In this document: one piece after another, positions 51,959 to 60,169 of the stretch | Numbering within the stretch: position 1 is the stretch's first letter | Layout of the letters: each line of letters begins with the position of its first letter | DNA from: a virus | Reading direction: 5' to 3' (one strand) | Length of the DNA: 64,000 bases | IMG/VR virus record: IMGVR_UViG_3300042343_000347 | Made by a program: the position numbers and the translations under genes | The notes under the pieces: generated by a model | Seen by the model: only the letters and a program-made list of their open reading frames with translations | Databases searched by the model: none | What the model was told of the DNA's origin: nothing

Positions 51959-52128
51959 GCCGGGGCAAACATCTTAGCACCTTCGGCCATAACGACACGA
52001 TATGCTTTCATTGTTTCTTGCGTCTGGGCTAATGGGCTAGTATGAATATACTGCATCATTTCCAAGAAGCCCAAACCCAAAAATTCTGCGTCTTTTTGGA
52101 TCACTTTGATTGCTGTAGCGATTTGCAT
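51955..52128 (-). CDS. Small early protein (57 aa)
   Basis: MQIATAIK start with SD AAGGA downstream of the 52159..52187 promoter. Confidence 0.7.
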   Translation of the reverse strand: MQIATAIKVIQKDAEFLGLGFLEMMQYIHTSPLAQTQETMKAYRVVMAEGAKMFAPA

Positions 52129-52158
52129 TTCAGTTCCTTTTCTCAACTCTATGTATCT

Positions 52159-52187
52159 ATTATGAACCCAATCACACCCAAAGTCAA
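52159..52187 (-). promoter_or_regulatory. Sigma70-type early promoter
   Basis: TTGACT-17-CATAAT with A-rich upstream sequence. Confidence 0.8.
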
Positions 52188-52239
52188 GCCTTTTTCGCCA
52201 CTTTTTTCCATTATTTTCATAATGAAAAAAGGCGTTTAA

Positions 52240-52287
52240 AATCAACAACTTACGATGCCTAAATTGTTGTTTAAAAACAACAACTTA
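52240..52287. promoter_or_regulatory. IHF-like sites and palindrome
   Basis: AATCAACAACTTA matches WATCAANNNNTTR; TTGTTGTTT-AA-AAACAACAA palindrome. Confidence 0.55.
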
Positions 52288-52291
52288 CAGA

Positions 52292-53452
52292 CTACAGTCC
52301 TGGCACAATTGTGGGTTGTGGTATCTTATCTCTTTCATGGGCTAATTTCAGGTACAATGTATCATATGCCCTGTCTTTGAAGACTTGTCTGTTATGCTCT
52401 ATTATGTGCTTGTTTTCTTCGTATGCTTTTCTAAAATCTTGAACGTCTCGAAACATCATATCGATAGAAAACATAAATTCAAAAAATCTTCTGTCGTTAT
52501 CTAGGATGCTATCATATGAATAGTTTATGAAGTTCGGTAATTTGAAACCATAACTCTTTACATCTTCGATGAAACCTGAATATGCAAATGGTAGTATGAA
52601 ATTACCTTTGATCAAAGGATCTAGTGTTTTTTCAGTCATGCCCCTTGTGTTCCACCCAGATGAACACAATGTTTCAACATATATAGAAACATATGTTCTT
52701 TTATAAAATTCATCTCCGATAGGATACCAATAACCTCCGGAACCTTCTGGATTCTGAATGGTGTTTATTACTGATTGGCTAGGATTGTTGGGTAGAAAAT
52801 TGTTGCCAGCACTATTAATAAATCCCTTCTTCTCATAAAGCCTACGTAGATAATCTTTTAATCCGGCTCGGTATCTCATCCTAGGCATGAACAACCCGTG
52901 ATATACTAAACCAGGACACAAATATGCTTTACAAATACTAGGATCATCTTTTCCTTCAGGAATATTAAACATCTCTTTGTTAGCACCAGTAGTCCATATT
53001 ATCTCTCTACTACCTATAGGCAAAGAGTTCACTAGATTTTCAATCTTATGATAATCATGATAATAGAGTTTATGACGATTAAACATTATATCATAATGTA
53101 TCAATCCGTCTCCAGTGCCGGCTGCAAGATTTTTGTGTACGACATATGTATTGGGAAATACTTCCCTATAATCTTTTAACATTTTTAAAAAATGTTCTCT
53201 ATCGTATCTCTCATCGATATGAAATATCGCCAATACTATTACTATTTGTTTAGTAGTGAGTCTTTTTAATATCTCACTATTGATAGGGTTGAAATTATGA
53301 AGTAGCGGGATTACATCCGCGTCTTTTATATTGTCAACATATTCCCAACCTTCTTCAATGAAGAAGGGCCATATGTGTACATTAAATAATCTTCTATTTT
53401 CTTCACTAGGCAACGAATCATTGATACTACTTAAATTACGTAAAATGCGCAT
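52292..53452 (-). CDS. Putative glycosyltransferase (GT10-like), paralogue 3
   Basis: YVSIYVET...TEKTLDPL.KGNF...GF....INYSYD; TATAAATA upstream. Confidence 0.55.
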   Translation of the reverse strand: MRILRNLSSINDSLPSEENRRLFNVHIWPFFIEEGWEYVDNIKDADVIPLLHNFNPINSEILKRLTTKQIVIVLAIFHIDERYDREHFLKMLKDYREVFPNTYVVHKNLAAGTGDGLIHYDIMFNRHKLYYHDYHKIENLVNSLPIGSREIIWTTGANKEMFNIPEGKDDPSICKAYLCPGLVYHGLFMPRMRYRAGLKDYLRRLYEKKGFINSAGNNFLPNNPSQSVINTIQNPEGSGGYWYPIGDEFYKRTYVSIYVETLCSSGWNTRGMTEKTLDPLIKGNFILPFAYSGFIEDVKSYGFKLPNFINYSYDSILDNDRRFFEFMFSIDMMFRDVQDFRKAYEENKHIIEHNRQVFKDRAYDTLYLKLAHERDKIPQPTIVPGL

Positions 53453-53457
53453 GATTT

Positions 53458-53649
53458 TTATTTATATTCATGTTCGTTCATTCCGCATATGCAAACACCA
53501 TTTACGAAAATATGATCACAAACATCTTGTATTTGTAATGCTTCATAAAGAAGCGGGACTGATCTTTCTAATTCAGGGTATTTTCTAAGATCCTCTAGTG
53601 TCATACATTCTATAGCACGTAACACTTTTTCTACTGCCTGCCTGCTCAT
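53458..53649 (-). CDS. Hypothetical protein
   Basis: 63 aa, C-terminal CxH...CxC. Confidence 0.55.
   Translation of the reverse strand: MSRQAVEKVLRAIECMTLEDLRKYPELERSVPLLYEALQIQDVCDHIFVNGVCICGMNEHEYK
53459..53466 (-). promoter_or_regulatory. T4-type late promoter
   Basis: Exact TATAAATA, 6 nt before ATG. Confidence 0.7.
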
Positions 53650-53924
53650 TAATCATCCCTGCCATAGTTATAACTTTCAATTTTATAGATAGCATCGCGT
53701 AGTGTCTTGATGCCATCACATATAGCCCAAGCCTTCTTGTCTACATTTACCTTTATGAATGCATCATTGTACACAAGAATGTCTACCTGAGATCCTGTGT
53801 AGTTGAAAGTCACCGATATATAAGGTATTCTACCTTCGTGTGTGGATGTGTGGATGTTTGAAAATATTTTTGATTTTTTAGTGTATAGGAATGCCAATAT
53901 CAATGATACTGTTTTTTCGCTCAT
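53649..53924 (-). CDS. Hypothetical protein
   Basis: Coupled ORF, probable start MSEK. Confidence 0.55.
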   Translation of the reverse strand: MSEKTVSLILAFLYTKKSKIFSNIHTSTHEGRIPYISVTFNYTGSQVDILVYNDAFIKVNVDKKAWAICDGIKTLRDAIYKIESYNYGRDD

Positions 53925-54649
53925 ACAAACGACCATTTTTCCATCACAAAATATTCGTTTAAATCTTTTTTCCTGAGGAAATACTTACCCGTGATCGACA
54001 GGCCGGTATTACCGATATGTCTATCTAACAATGTTAACAATGGATTATCACCGGTGATAGAGAACATAACTTTATTTAGTTTATCATCTTCAAACCAGTA
54101 CTCTATATTGTTCATACGACGGCGTTGATTCTCTATTCTTTTTAAGAACTTTAAGTCACGCTGAACAGGTTCGCGCATGTTAGGAAGATTGTTGTTTTTA
54201 AAATAACTAGATTGAAAGATTCCGTCAATCTCTTTATCGTAATCGTAGAAATAAGGCAAGCGATACACGATGCCTGCTAGGCTATCAGGAACTTGTAGTG
54301 GATTGCCATGTAAGAATTTCTGCAAGTCCTTTCGGTACTTAGTCAGTTCGCGACCTTGCAAGGTCAACATCAATAGTTTATCCTTATAATACTTGCGGAT
54401 ATTTTCTGCCTTTTGACGATCAAGGTCATTAACCTGCGCCGGCAATTCAGGACTGTTCAAACTTCTATTAAATCTATTTGAATCACTATTAGACAAACGT
54501 TGTATGCAACAACTGATAGCCAATATATCTTCTAGATATGTCCTAGTGGTGTCCGGGGCCAACTCGCCCTCAACCTGCTTGAATATATCATCTAGACTCC
54601 AGGACCTTTTTGTGTTGTTTTTGAGAGTTTGCACTGAACTAGTTCCCAT
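53921..54649 (-). CDS. Hypothetical protein
   Basis: 242-aa ORF downstream of uvsY. Confidence 0.7.
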   Translation of the reverse strand: MGTSSVQTLKNNTKRSWSLDDIFKQVEGELAPDTTRTYLEDILAISCCIQRLSNSDSNRFNRSLNSPELPAQVNDLDRQKAENIRKYYKDKLLMLTLQGRELTKYRKDLQKFLHGNPLQVPDSLAGIVYRLPYFYDYDKEIDGIFQSSYFKNNNLPNMREPVQRDLKFLKRIENQRRRMNNIEYWFEDDKLNKVMFSITGDNPLLTLLDRHIGNTGLSITGKYFLRKKDLNEYFVMEKWSFV

Positions 54650-54650
54650 A

Positions 54651-55109
54651 TTAACTCACCGTTATATCTTCCATACCGGCTGTACGCAGCCGTACGATGT
54701 GGCCCAATTGCCACTGCTTGCTATCAAGTCCTTTCATGATACCAAGCCATTTATTTCTAAGTAATGCAACTTCGTTGATCAATACTTCGAAATCAATTAC
54801 TTCATCTTCACCGTCAGTATACTTCTCTGCATCACGACTTGTCAAGGCTCTATTGTACCCTTCTAAGTATTTTTGGAAATATTTCCTGCGTAATTTACGT
54901 AATTGGATATTGAGATAGTTCAATACTGCTTCTATCTCTTGTAGTTGATTGAATCTGTGTTCTGTGACTCCGGGTAAATTAGAAATGTTCTTTTCAACTT
55001 TTCCATTTACCCGGACATCATATTTTGCCTGCTCTAATTCTGATTCATAATGAATTATGAAATCAGGTATTTGACTTAGGTCGCTAGTGATTCTGGTGTA
55101 CCAGTTCAT
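54651..55109 (-). CDS. uvsY: Recombination mediator UvsY-like
   Basis: Helical; Y..G...V, K.LDSK.WQL; next to uvsX. Confidence 0.75.
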   Translation of the reverse strand: MNWYTRITSDLSQIPDFIIHYESELEQAKYDVRVNGKVEKNISNLPGVTEHRFNQLQEIEAVLNYLNIQLRKLRRKYFQKYLEGYNRALTSRDAEKYTDGEDEVIDFEVLINEVALLRNKWLGIMKGLDSKQWQLGHIVRLRTAGMEDITVS

Positions 55110-55112
55110 CTA

Positions 55113-55367
55113 TCACCATTCATCGTCTTCGTGATCTTCGTCCTCTTCATACTCTTCTTCTTCGAACTCTTCTTCGAATTGAGATTTGTAATCGCGCAAT
55201 GCGTCCATGACTGCTGGATCGCGACGGAACGCTTCTTTGATATCGGCTGCTTCAAAATCATTATCGATCAATACATTGACCAATGCTTCTGCCGCATAAG
55301 ATAGATTATTTTCATCCATCTCTCCTCTCAATGCACCCCATACTTCTGCTATGACAGTAATACTCAT
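55113..55367 (-). CDS. Small acidic protein
   Basis: Very acidic tail; between uvsX and uvsY. Confidence 0.7.
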   Translation of the reverse strand: MSITVIAEVWGALRGEMDENNLSYAAEALVNVLIDNDFEAADIKEAFRRDPAVMDALRDYKSQFEEEFEEEEYEEDEDHEDDEW

Positions 55368-55371
55368 CCTG

Positions 55372-56430
55372 TTATTCCTCCGTGTCAGAATTTGTATTAC
55401 TTATCTTAGTTTCACGGTTTTGATATTCAGACATTACTTTGTCTAAGCAACCATCTTCGTTACTTTCCCAACCCTTACGGAAGAACTTGATGATCTCTCC
55501 ATCACCTGTCGTATAACTTAGTCGATTACCTTCCTTAGTCAACATGCTTGCTTTCTCAAACAAATCAAGTAAACCACTATATGGGTTCATGCCAGTCTCA
55601 TATGGAATCTTGACTTGAACACTTTCAAAAGGCTTTGCGTAGCGAGTTTTCATAACCTTACATGCGCTACGAATACCACGCACTTCGCTGATCTTATTGC
55701 CTTCGTCATCTTCCTTGAGTTTGAGTTTCTTCATGGCGACAACAATACTACTTGCGTAGATGAAGCCTTGTCCACCACTGATCTTGTCATCAGGGTCAAA
55801 CATATCTTGACTAGCATATGTGTGATTAGTTGCAACCAATCCAACATTGTGACTGCCGAACATGTTCACACAGTTACGAACAAGACTAGTCAATGCCTTG
55901 GGCTTTCGACCCATGTCACCCTTCATATCACCTGCTTCAAACTGATTGACATCAGTTGGAGTCAACAACATGCCAAGACTGTCAATGATGAACAATACCT
56001 TAGGCTTTTCACCTTCGGGCATCGCTTTATAACTTTTCATAAATTCACTGATAGTCTTAGCAACGTCATCAATCATTGCCATATTCAACTTCAATAACTT
56101 GCTTTCATCAGTATCGACACCGAGTGCCTTCAACCAATCTTCATCAAGTGCGTTTTCTGTATCAACTAATACAACAAAAATGCCTTGCTCTTGTGCGTGA
56201 CGAACTAGGTTACCACTGCAAATATAACTTTTGCCTGAACCTGATTCACCTGCGAATACAGTTACCTTGCCTAGTGGGACTCCTTTGTTAAAGTCTCCAC
56301 TAATAAGATAATTGAGAGCGTAGTTACCGGTACTGACCCAATCAGTAGGATCATTGAAACCAATACTGAGACCTTCAATGCTCTTGGTAATGTCTTTTCT
56401 AAATTTACTAACATCGAATGGTTTCGCCAT
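55372..56430 (-). CDS. uvsX: RecA-like recombinase UvsX
   Basis: GESGSGKS, DTENA, IIDSLG, NHTY, SGGQG..YASS; start MAKPFD. Confidence 0.93.
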   Translation of the reverse strand: MAKPFDVSKFRKDITKSIEGLSIGFNDPTDWVSTGNYALNYLISGDFNKGVPLGKVTVFAGESGSGKSYICSGNLVRHAQEQGIFVVLVDTENALDEDWLKALGVDTDESKLLKLNMAMIDDVAKTISEFMKSYKAMPEGEKPKVLFIIDSLGMLLTPTDVNQFEAGDMKGDMGRKPKALTSLVRNCVNMFGSHNVGLVATNHTYASQDMFDPDDKISGGQGFIYASSIVVAMKKLKLKEDDEGNKISEVRGIRSACKVMKTRYAKPFESVQVKIPYETGMNPYSGLLDLFEKASMLTKEGNRLSYTTGDGEIIKFFRKGWESNEDGCLDKVMSEYQNRETKISNTNSDTEE

Positions 56431-56431
56431 G

Positions 56432-56644
56432 TTACTTTGCTCCCTTCGGATGTTCTTTTGGCTCAACTACGATATCTGAACGACCGATAGCCTTTAGCCA
56501 AGTGTTCAATCTATGAATGATTGTACTGTCATCTTTAGGGTTATCAAAACTGATATTACAGTCCATGACTGTATCACCGCTATCTGCTTCACGGCTACTA
56601 TAATTGAGAGAAAAACTCTCGTTTACTTTAATTGTTTTTGCCAT
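56432..56644 (-). CDS. Hypothetical protein
   Basis: SD GAGGA. Confidence 0.65.
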   Translation of the reverse strand: MAKTIKVNESFSLNYSSREADSGDTVMDCNISFDNPKDDSTIIHRLNTWLKAIGRSDIVVEPKEHPKGAK

Positions 56645-56653
56645 ATGTTCCTC

Positions 56654-56890
56654 TTACTTCATAATATTTCGTTTTAATAGTCTATCACTAAATGCGATTT
56701 TGTCAAGCATTTCAGGACAACTATCTGCGATACGTTCTAACTCATAGTCATTTGGGAAATGACGTAATGCGCCACGGGCACGGTCACGGACGATGCTCGG
56801 CACTCTAGGCGTCTTGCCCGGATCGCATAATTCTTCAAGCAATTTCTTTCCTTGCTTTAGTGCGCGGAATCTTTCGTCTGGTAGTGTCAT
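56654..56890 (-). CDS. BPSL0761-like small protein
   Basis: MTLPDER.RA...PRVP..VR..AR..LRHFP. Confidence 0.65.
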   Translation of the reverse strand: MTLPDERFRALKQGKKLLEELCDPGKTPRVPSIVRDRARGALRHFPNDYELERIADSCPEMLDKIAFSDRLLKRNIMK

Positions 56891-56916
56891 GGTAGTATCC
56901 TTATGTTAGAAAGATC

Positions 56917-56936
56917 GGGGAGGAGTTACCCTCCCC
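56917..56936 (-). terminator. Hairpin or weak terminator after gp32
   Basis: GGGGAGG/CCTCCCC stem, weak U-tract. Confidence 0.55.
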
Positions 56937-56944
56937 AAATCAAA

Positions 56945-57928
56945 TTAACCCTTCTGTTGACGGTTACGGATCATCGCTAAAATGTCCTGCGCCTTGTCGC
57001 TAGAAGTACTCTTAGGAACTACTACTGGATCACTCTTCTCTACCGGCTCATCATCTTCAACTACAGACTTCTTAGCCGAAACATTCAAAGTTGTAGTCTC
57101 AGTGACGTGAGGTTCAGGGACATTGCCTGCCGGAGCCTCAAGACCATATGGACGATAGTACGCACCCCACTTATCATTATCGTAGGGCTTGCCATCTACT
57201 GAAGCCTCAAACATCTCCTTGATTACACGGAGTTCGCTTTCGCTTGGCTTCTTAGGCAAGAAATCAGCAAGATTAAAGAGACCATGAGCCTCGATTGCAG
57301 CCTGTTCTGCTTCAGTGAGTGGGCTTTCACGACGGGCCCAATTTGAAGTAGAATAGTCAGCATAACCACCCTTGCTAGTTTTCTTAACGTTGAAATCAAC
57401 ACCATTCAACAAGTCAGTAGGGATGTTCTCCATTTCAGGATCCATCAAACTTGCCTTGATGATAGTGAAAATCTGTGGACTAATGACGAATCTACGAATC
57501 GGGTTCGCAGGAGTCACATCATTACCTAGTGGGTTTTGACGTACAAAACCCTGGAAGAGATAACTACGCTTCTTCCAATACTTGTTAGCCATTTCTTTGA
57601 GAGTATCATCCTTATACCAAGGACGAACTTCTGCCAAGATCGGGCAGTTGTCGCCATACATTTCAACGCACGGAACCTGCACAACAACCTGCTTCATGTT
57701 CGGATCACCCTTGACGCCATTGAATGGCAACTTGATGATCTGACGCTCGACCCAGAAAAACGTATTCTTTGAATCCGCATCAGGAAGGAAACGAACGGTC
57801 GCTGTAGTACCTTCTTCCATATTCCAGTGGGGATAGATTGCGTTATCTGATTGGGTACGTTGACCCTGACCTGACTTCTTACTTTCTTGTGCCGCGAGAC
57901 GGGCACGGATATCTGCTAGACTTGCCAT
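56945..57928 (-). CDS. gp32: Single-stranded DNA-binding protein (gp32-like)
   Basis: VRFLPD, C...CP, YWKKRSY, G.DF..KK..KGGY.DY..S.W. Confidence 0.88.
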   Translation of the reverse strand: MASLADIRARLAAQESKKSGQGQRTQSDNAIYPHWNMEEGTTATVRFLPDADSKNTFFWVERQIIKLPFNGVKGDPNMKQVVVQVPCVEMYGDNCPILAEVRPWYKDDTLKEMANKYWKKRSYLFQGFVRQNPLGNDVTPANPIRRFVISPQIFTIIKASLMDPEMENIPTDLLNGVDFNVKKTSKGGYADYSTSNWARRESPLTEAEQAAIEAHGLFNLADFLPKKPSESELRVIKEMFEASVDGKPYDNDKWGAYYRPYGLEAPAGNVPEPHVTETTTLNVSAKKSVVEDDEPVEKSDPVVVPKSTSSDKAQDILAMIRNRQQKG

Positions 57929-57999
57929 TTTGTTTCTCCTTTAAAAAATGCCTAATTTGAGCCTAAATGTGTTTTATGTTTTGTTGTCGGAGACAACTA

Positions 58000-58039
58000 A
58001 CACATGATGTCATTATACACTAATGTCATCGTGTGTCAA
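58000..58039 (-). promoter_or_regulatory. gp32 promoter overlapped by a 16-bp inverted repeat
   Basis: TTGACA-16-TATAAT; arms ACACATGATGTCATTA / TAATGTCATCGTGTGT. Confidence 0.7.
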
Positions 58040-58096
58040 TAATACTTATACCCTATTGAAGAGTAAAATATATTAATTTATTGTGTATTGGGTAAA

Positions 58097-58291
58097 TTAA
58101 AATCGGTTCAACACTTCAACAGCATGGTCAATCTTTTTTACCATGTGATTGTGGATACTTTGATCGGTTGTGGAGAAACCATCTTCTTTATGAGCCAGCA
58201 AGCTATTAATGGCTTTTCGTTTAGTGATTAAATTATTCTTCACCGAAAGAATTAACCTTTTTATTTTTTCATCTAATTCATGAGGACTCAT
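58097..58291 (-). CDS. Hypothetical protein
   Basis: SD AGGAG; 64 aa. Confidence 0.6.
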   Translation of the reverse strand: MSPHELDEKIKRLILSVKNNLITKRKAINSLLAHKEDGFSTTDQSIHNHMVKKIDHAVEVLNRF

Positions 58292-58302
58292 CTTAATATC
58301 TC

Positions 58303-60150
58303 CTACAAACCGGCTAGTCTTTTGATGTCGGCAAATTCGCGGCTTTCGCTAGCACCAACTAGTTTACCTACAGCGCCTTTTGGTCCTACCTTTTCAGTTG
58401 GGCCTAATTGTCCTGCACGTTTTTGGTTAGCATCTAAATCTTCTGCTACACCTTTTCTTCTTGCCACTTCGGCTTTAACTGCGGCTGTGACTGTTGGATC
58501 TAAGTTTGTTCTTGCGGCCGCTTTGTTTAACTCTGTATCATTCATGGCAACAAGGTCTTTGTTGATTTGTGCAAGTTCTTGCGGAGAGTAATCACTTTGT
58601 GCTGGTGCCGCTGCCGGAGCAGGTGCTGCCGCTGGTTTTGCTACTGGTGTGACTTTTTTAGTCATATCCATTGTGCCACCTTTTTGTACTGCACCAGGTG
58701 CTGCCTTTGCGGCAACTTGTGGCTTACCAGTGTTTGGATCATATCCTTGAGGTGCTGCCGCAATTCTTGCTTGTGTGGCTGCATTTGGAACTATAGGAGC
58801 AGCCGGAGCAGGTGCTGCTGTCGGTTGTCCAGGTTTTGTAAACATGCTTTTAGCCTTGTTAACCATATTGCCTATAACACCTTCTTCCATTTCTACTTCT
58901 TCCAACTTATCAAACTTGGCGCGTAGTTTAGCCATTTCTTCTTTGCCTGCACCTTCACGACCTGCTTGTTGTAATGCCTTCATGCCCTTCTCGCCATATT
59001 TCTTTTTGCCGAGATAGGCTTGTAATCCACTTTCGTCAACTTCTTCTTCAGCCAAATCAAATGCTTTTAGATTTGATTTTTCTGTATCTTGATTGTGCTT
59101 TAATGTTTCGGCACCGGGTGCCTCATCTAACATTTCTTCAGCAGGTTCTGCTAATGTTTTTGTAGTCTCATCTTCTACTTCAGTGATTGACTTTGCCCAC
59201 TCATCAAGTTCTTTGACAGCAGACATCTCAGTGATGTTCTTTGACAATCTCTTTAATATTGGCATCACACTTTCGATACGTGGGTCTAATGTCTCTTGTA
59301 CAAACAATTCATTCAATGAAACATCATCGTCTGTTTCTTCATTTAATACAGGTGTATAACTCTCAAAGTAATTGTTATAACCACGATGGCTAGCCATACC
59401 CTGTAATGTCATACGTAGTGTGTTATAATGATTTAATCCTTCATTGACTAATGCCAATGCTGATTCATTGAATTGTCCATTACGTGTGGCACGAACGAAT
59501 CCTGCCATCTGTGAATATTCTTCTACTAATGTAGTGATATGACGACCTTTGTCATCATAAGGAGTGCCACCTTCTGCAATGTGTCGTGCATAAACTCTTG
59601 CTAGTCCTGGACGATTAGTCGGCAATAAGAATCTTTCACCGTTGGTAGTTTCTACAAATATTCTAGCAACATTACGAAAACGTTGTTCACCCTCTTCTAT
59701 TTGACGGGTGTGTTGTAATATGATCTTTACTTGCGGGACATTATCGCTATAACTTGCTTTCTTGCCCATAGCAAAGTAACCTTCTAAAACCTGTTCTTTT
59801 TTATTCATAATCGTCCTCTTTTTCATGTCACCCAACAATCTATCTTTGTTAGAAACATCAAATCCTAATAGTTTACGTTGCGACCATCTCTTAAGAAATT
59901 GTGTAAATGGTTCGAAATCTTTATGCTTGACGAAAGTATCGTCAATATATAGTACCAGATCATTACCTTCCACTGTTGCCCAAGCGTTGATTTTGTTATC
60001 ATCTTCGTCAGTGACGCTAAATCTAAAAACGTCTGCTTCTTCTACATCATCCGTTGGGTCGCCCTTGCTATCTAGGCTTATAGGGTCGTAACCCCTGCTA
60101 CGCAAGACATCGTGCAATTCTCTGTTTAGTGTATCATAACTTACTGGCAT
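58303..60150 (-). CDS. Late protein: globular N-terminal half plus low-complexity tail (putative internal-head protein)
   Basis: TAAATA 4 nt upstream of ATG; many [LIV]xE sites; ends KRLAGL. Confidence 0.65.
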   Translation of the reverse strand: MPVSYDTLNRELHDVLRSRGYDPISLDSKGDPTDDVEEADVFRFSVTDEDDNKINAWATVEGNDLVLYIDDTFVKHKDFEPFTQFLKRWSQRKLLGFDVSNKDRLLGDMKKRTIMNKKEQVLEGYFAMGKKASYSDNVPQVKIILQHTRQIEEGEQRFRNVARIFVETTNGERFLLPTNRPGLARVYARHIAEGGTPYDDKGRHITTLVEEYSQMAGFVRATRNGQFNESALALVNEGLNHYNTLRMTLQGMASHRGYNNYFESYTPVLNEETDDDVSLNELFVQETLDPRIESVMPILKRLSKNITEMSAVKELDEWAKSITEVEDETTKTLAEPAEEMLDEAPGAETLKHNQDTEKSNLKAFDLAEEEVDESGLQAYLGKKKYGEKGMKALQQAGREGAGKEEMAKLRAKFDKLEEVEMEEGVIGNMVNKAKSMFTKPGQPTAAPAPAAPIVPNAATQARIAAAPQGYDPNTGKPQVAAKAAPGAVQKGGTMDMTKKVTPVAKPAAAPAPAAAPAQSDYSPQELAQINKDLVAMNDTELNKAAARTNLDPTVTAAVKAEVARRKGVAEDLDANQKRAGQLGPTEKVGPKGAVGKLVGASESREFADIKRLAGL

Positions 60151-60169
60151 ATTGTATTTAGTCTCTATC

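Noticed and set aside
52129-52248. N-terminal extension of ORF 51955..52248
   Set aside because: Overlaps a clear promoter; SD supports the start at 52128
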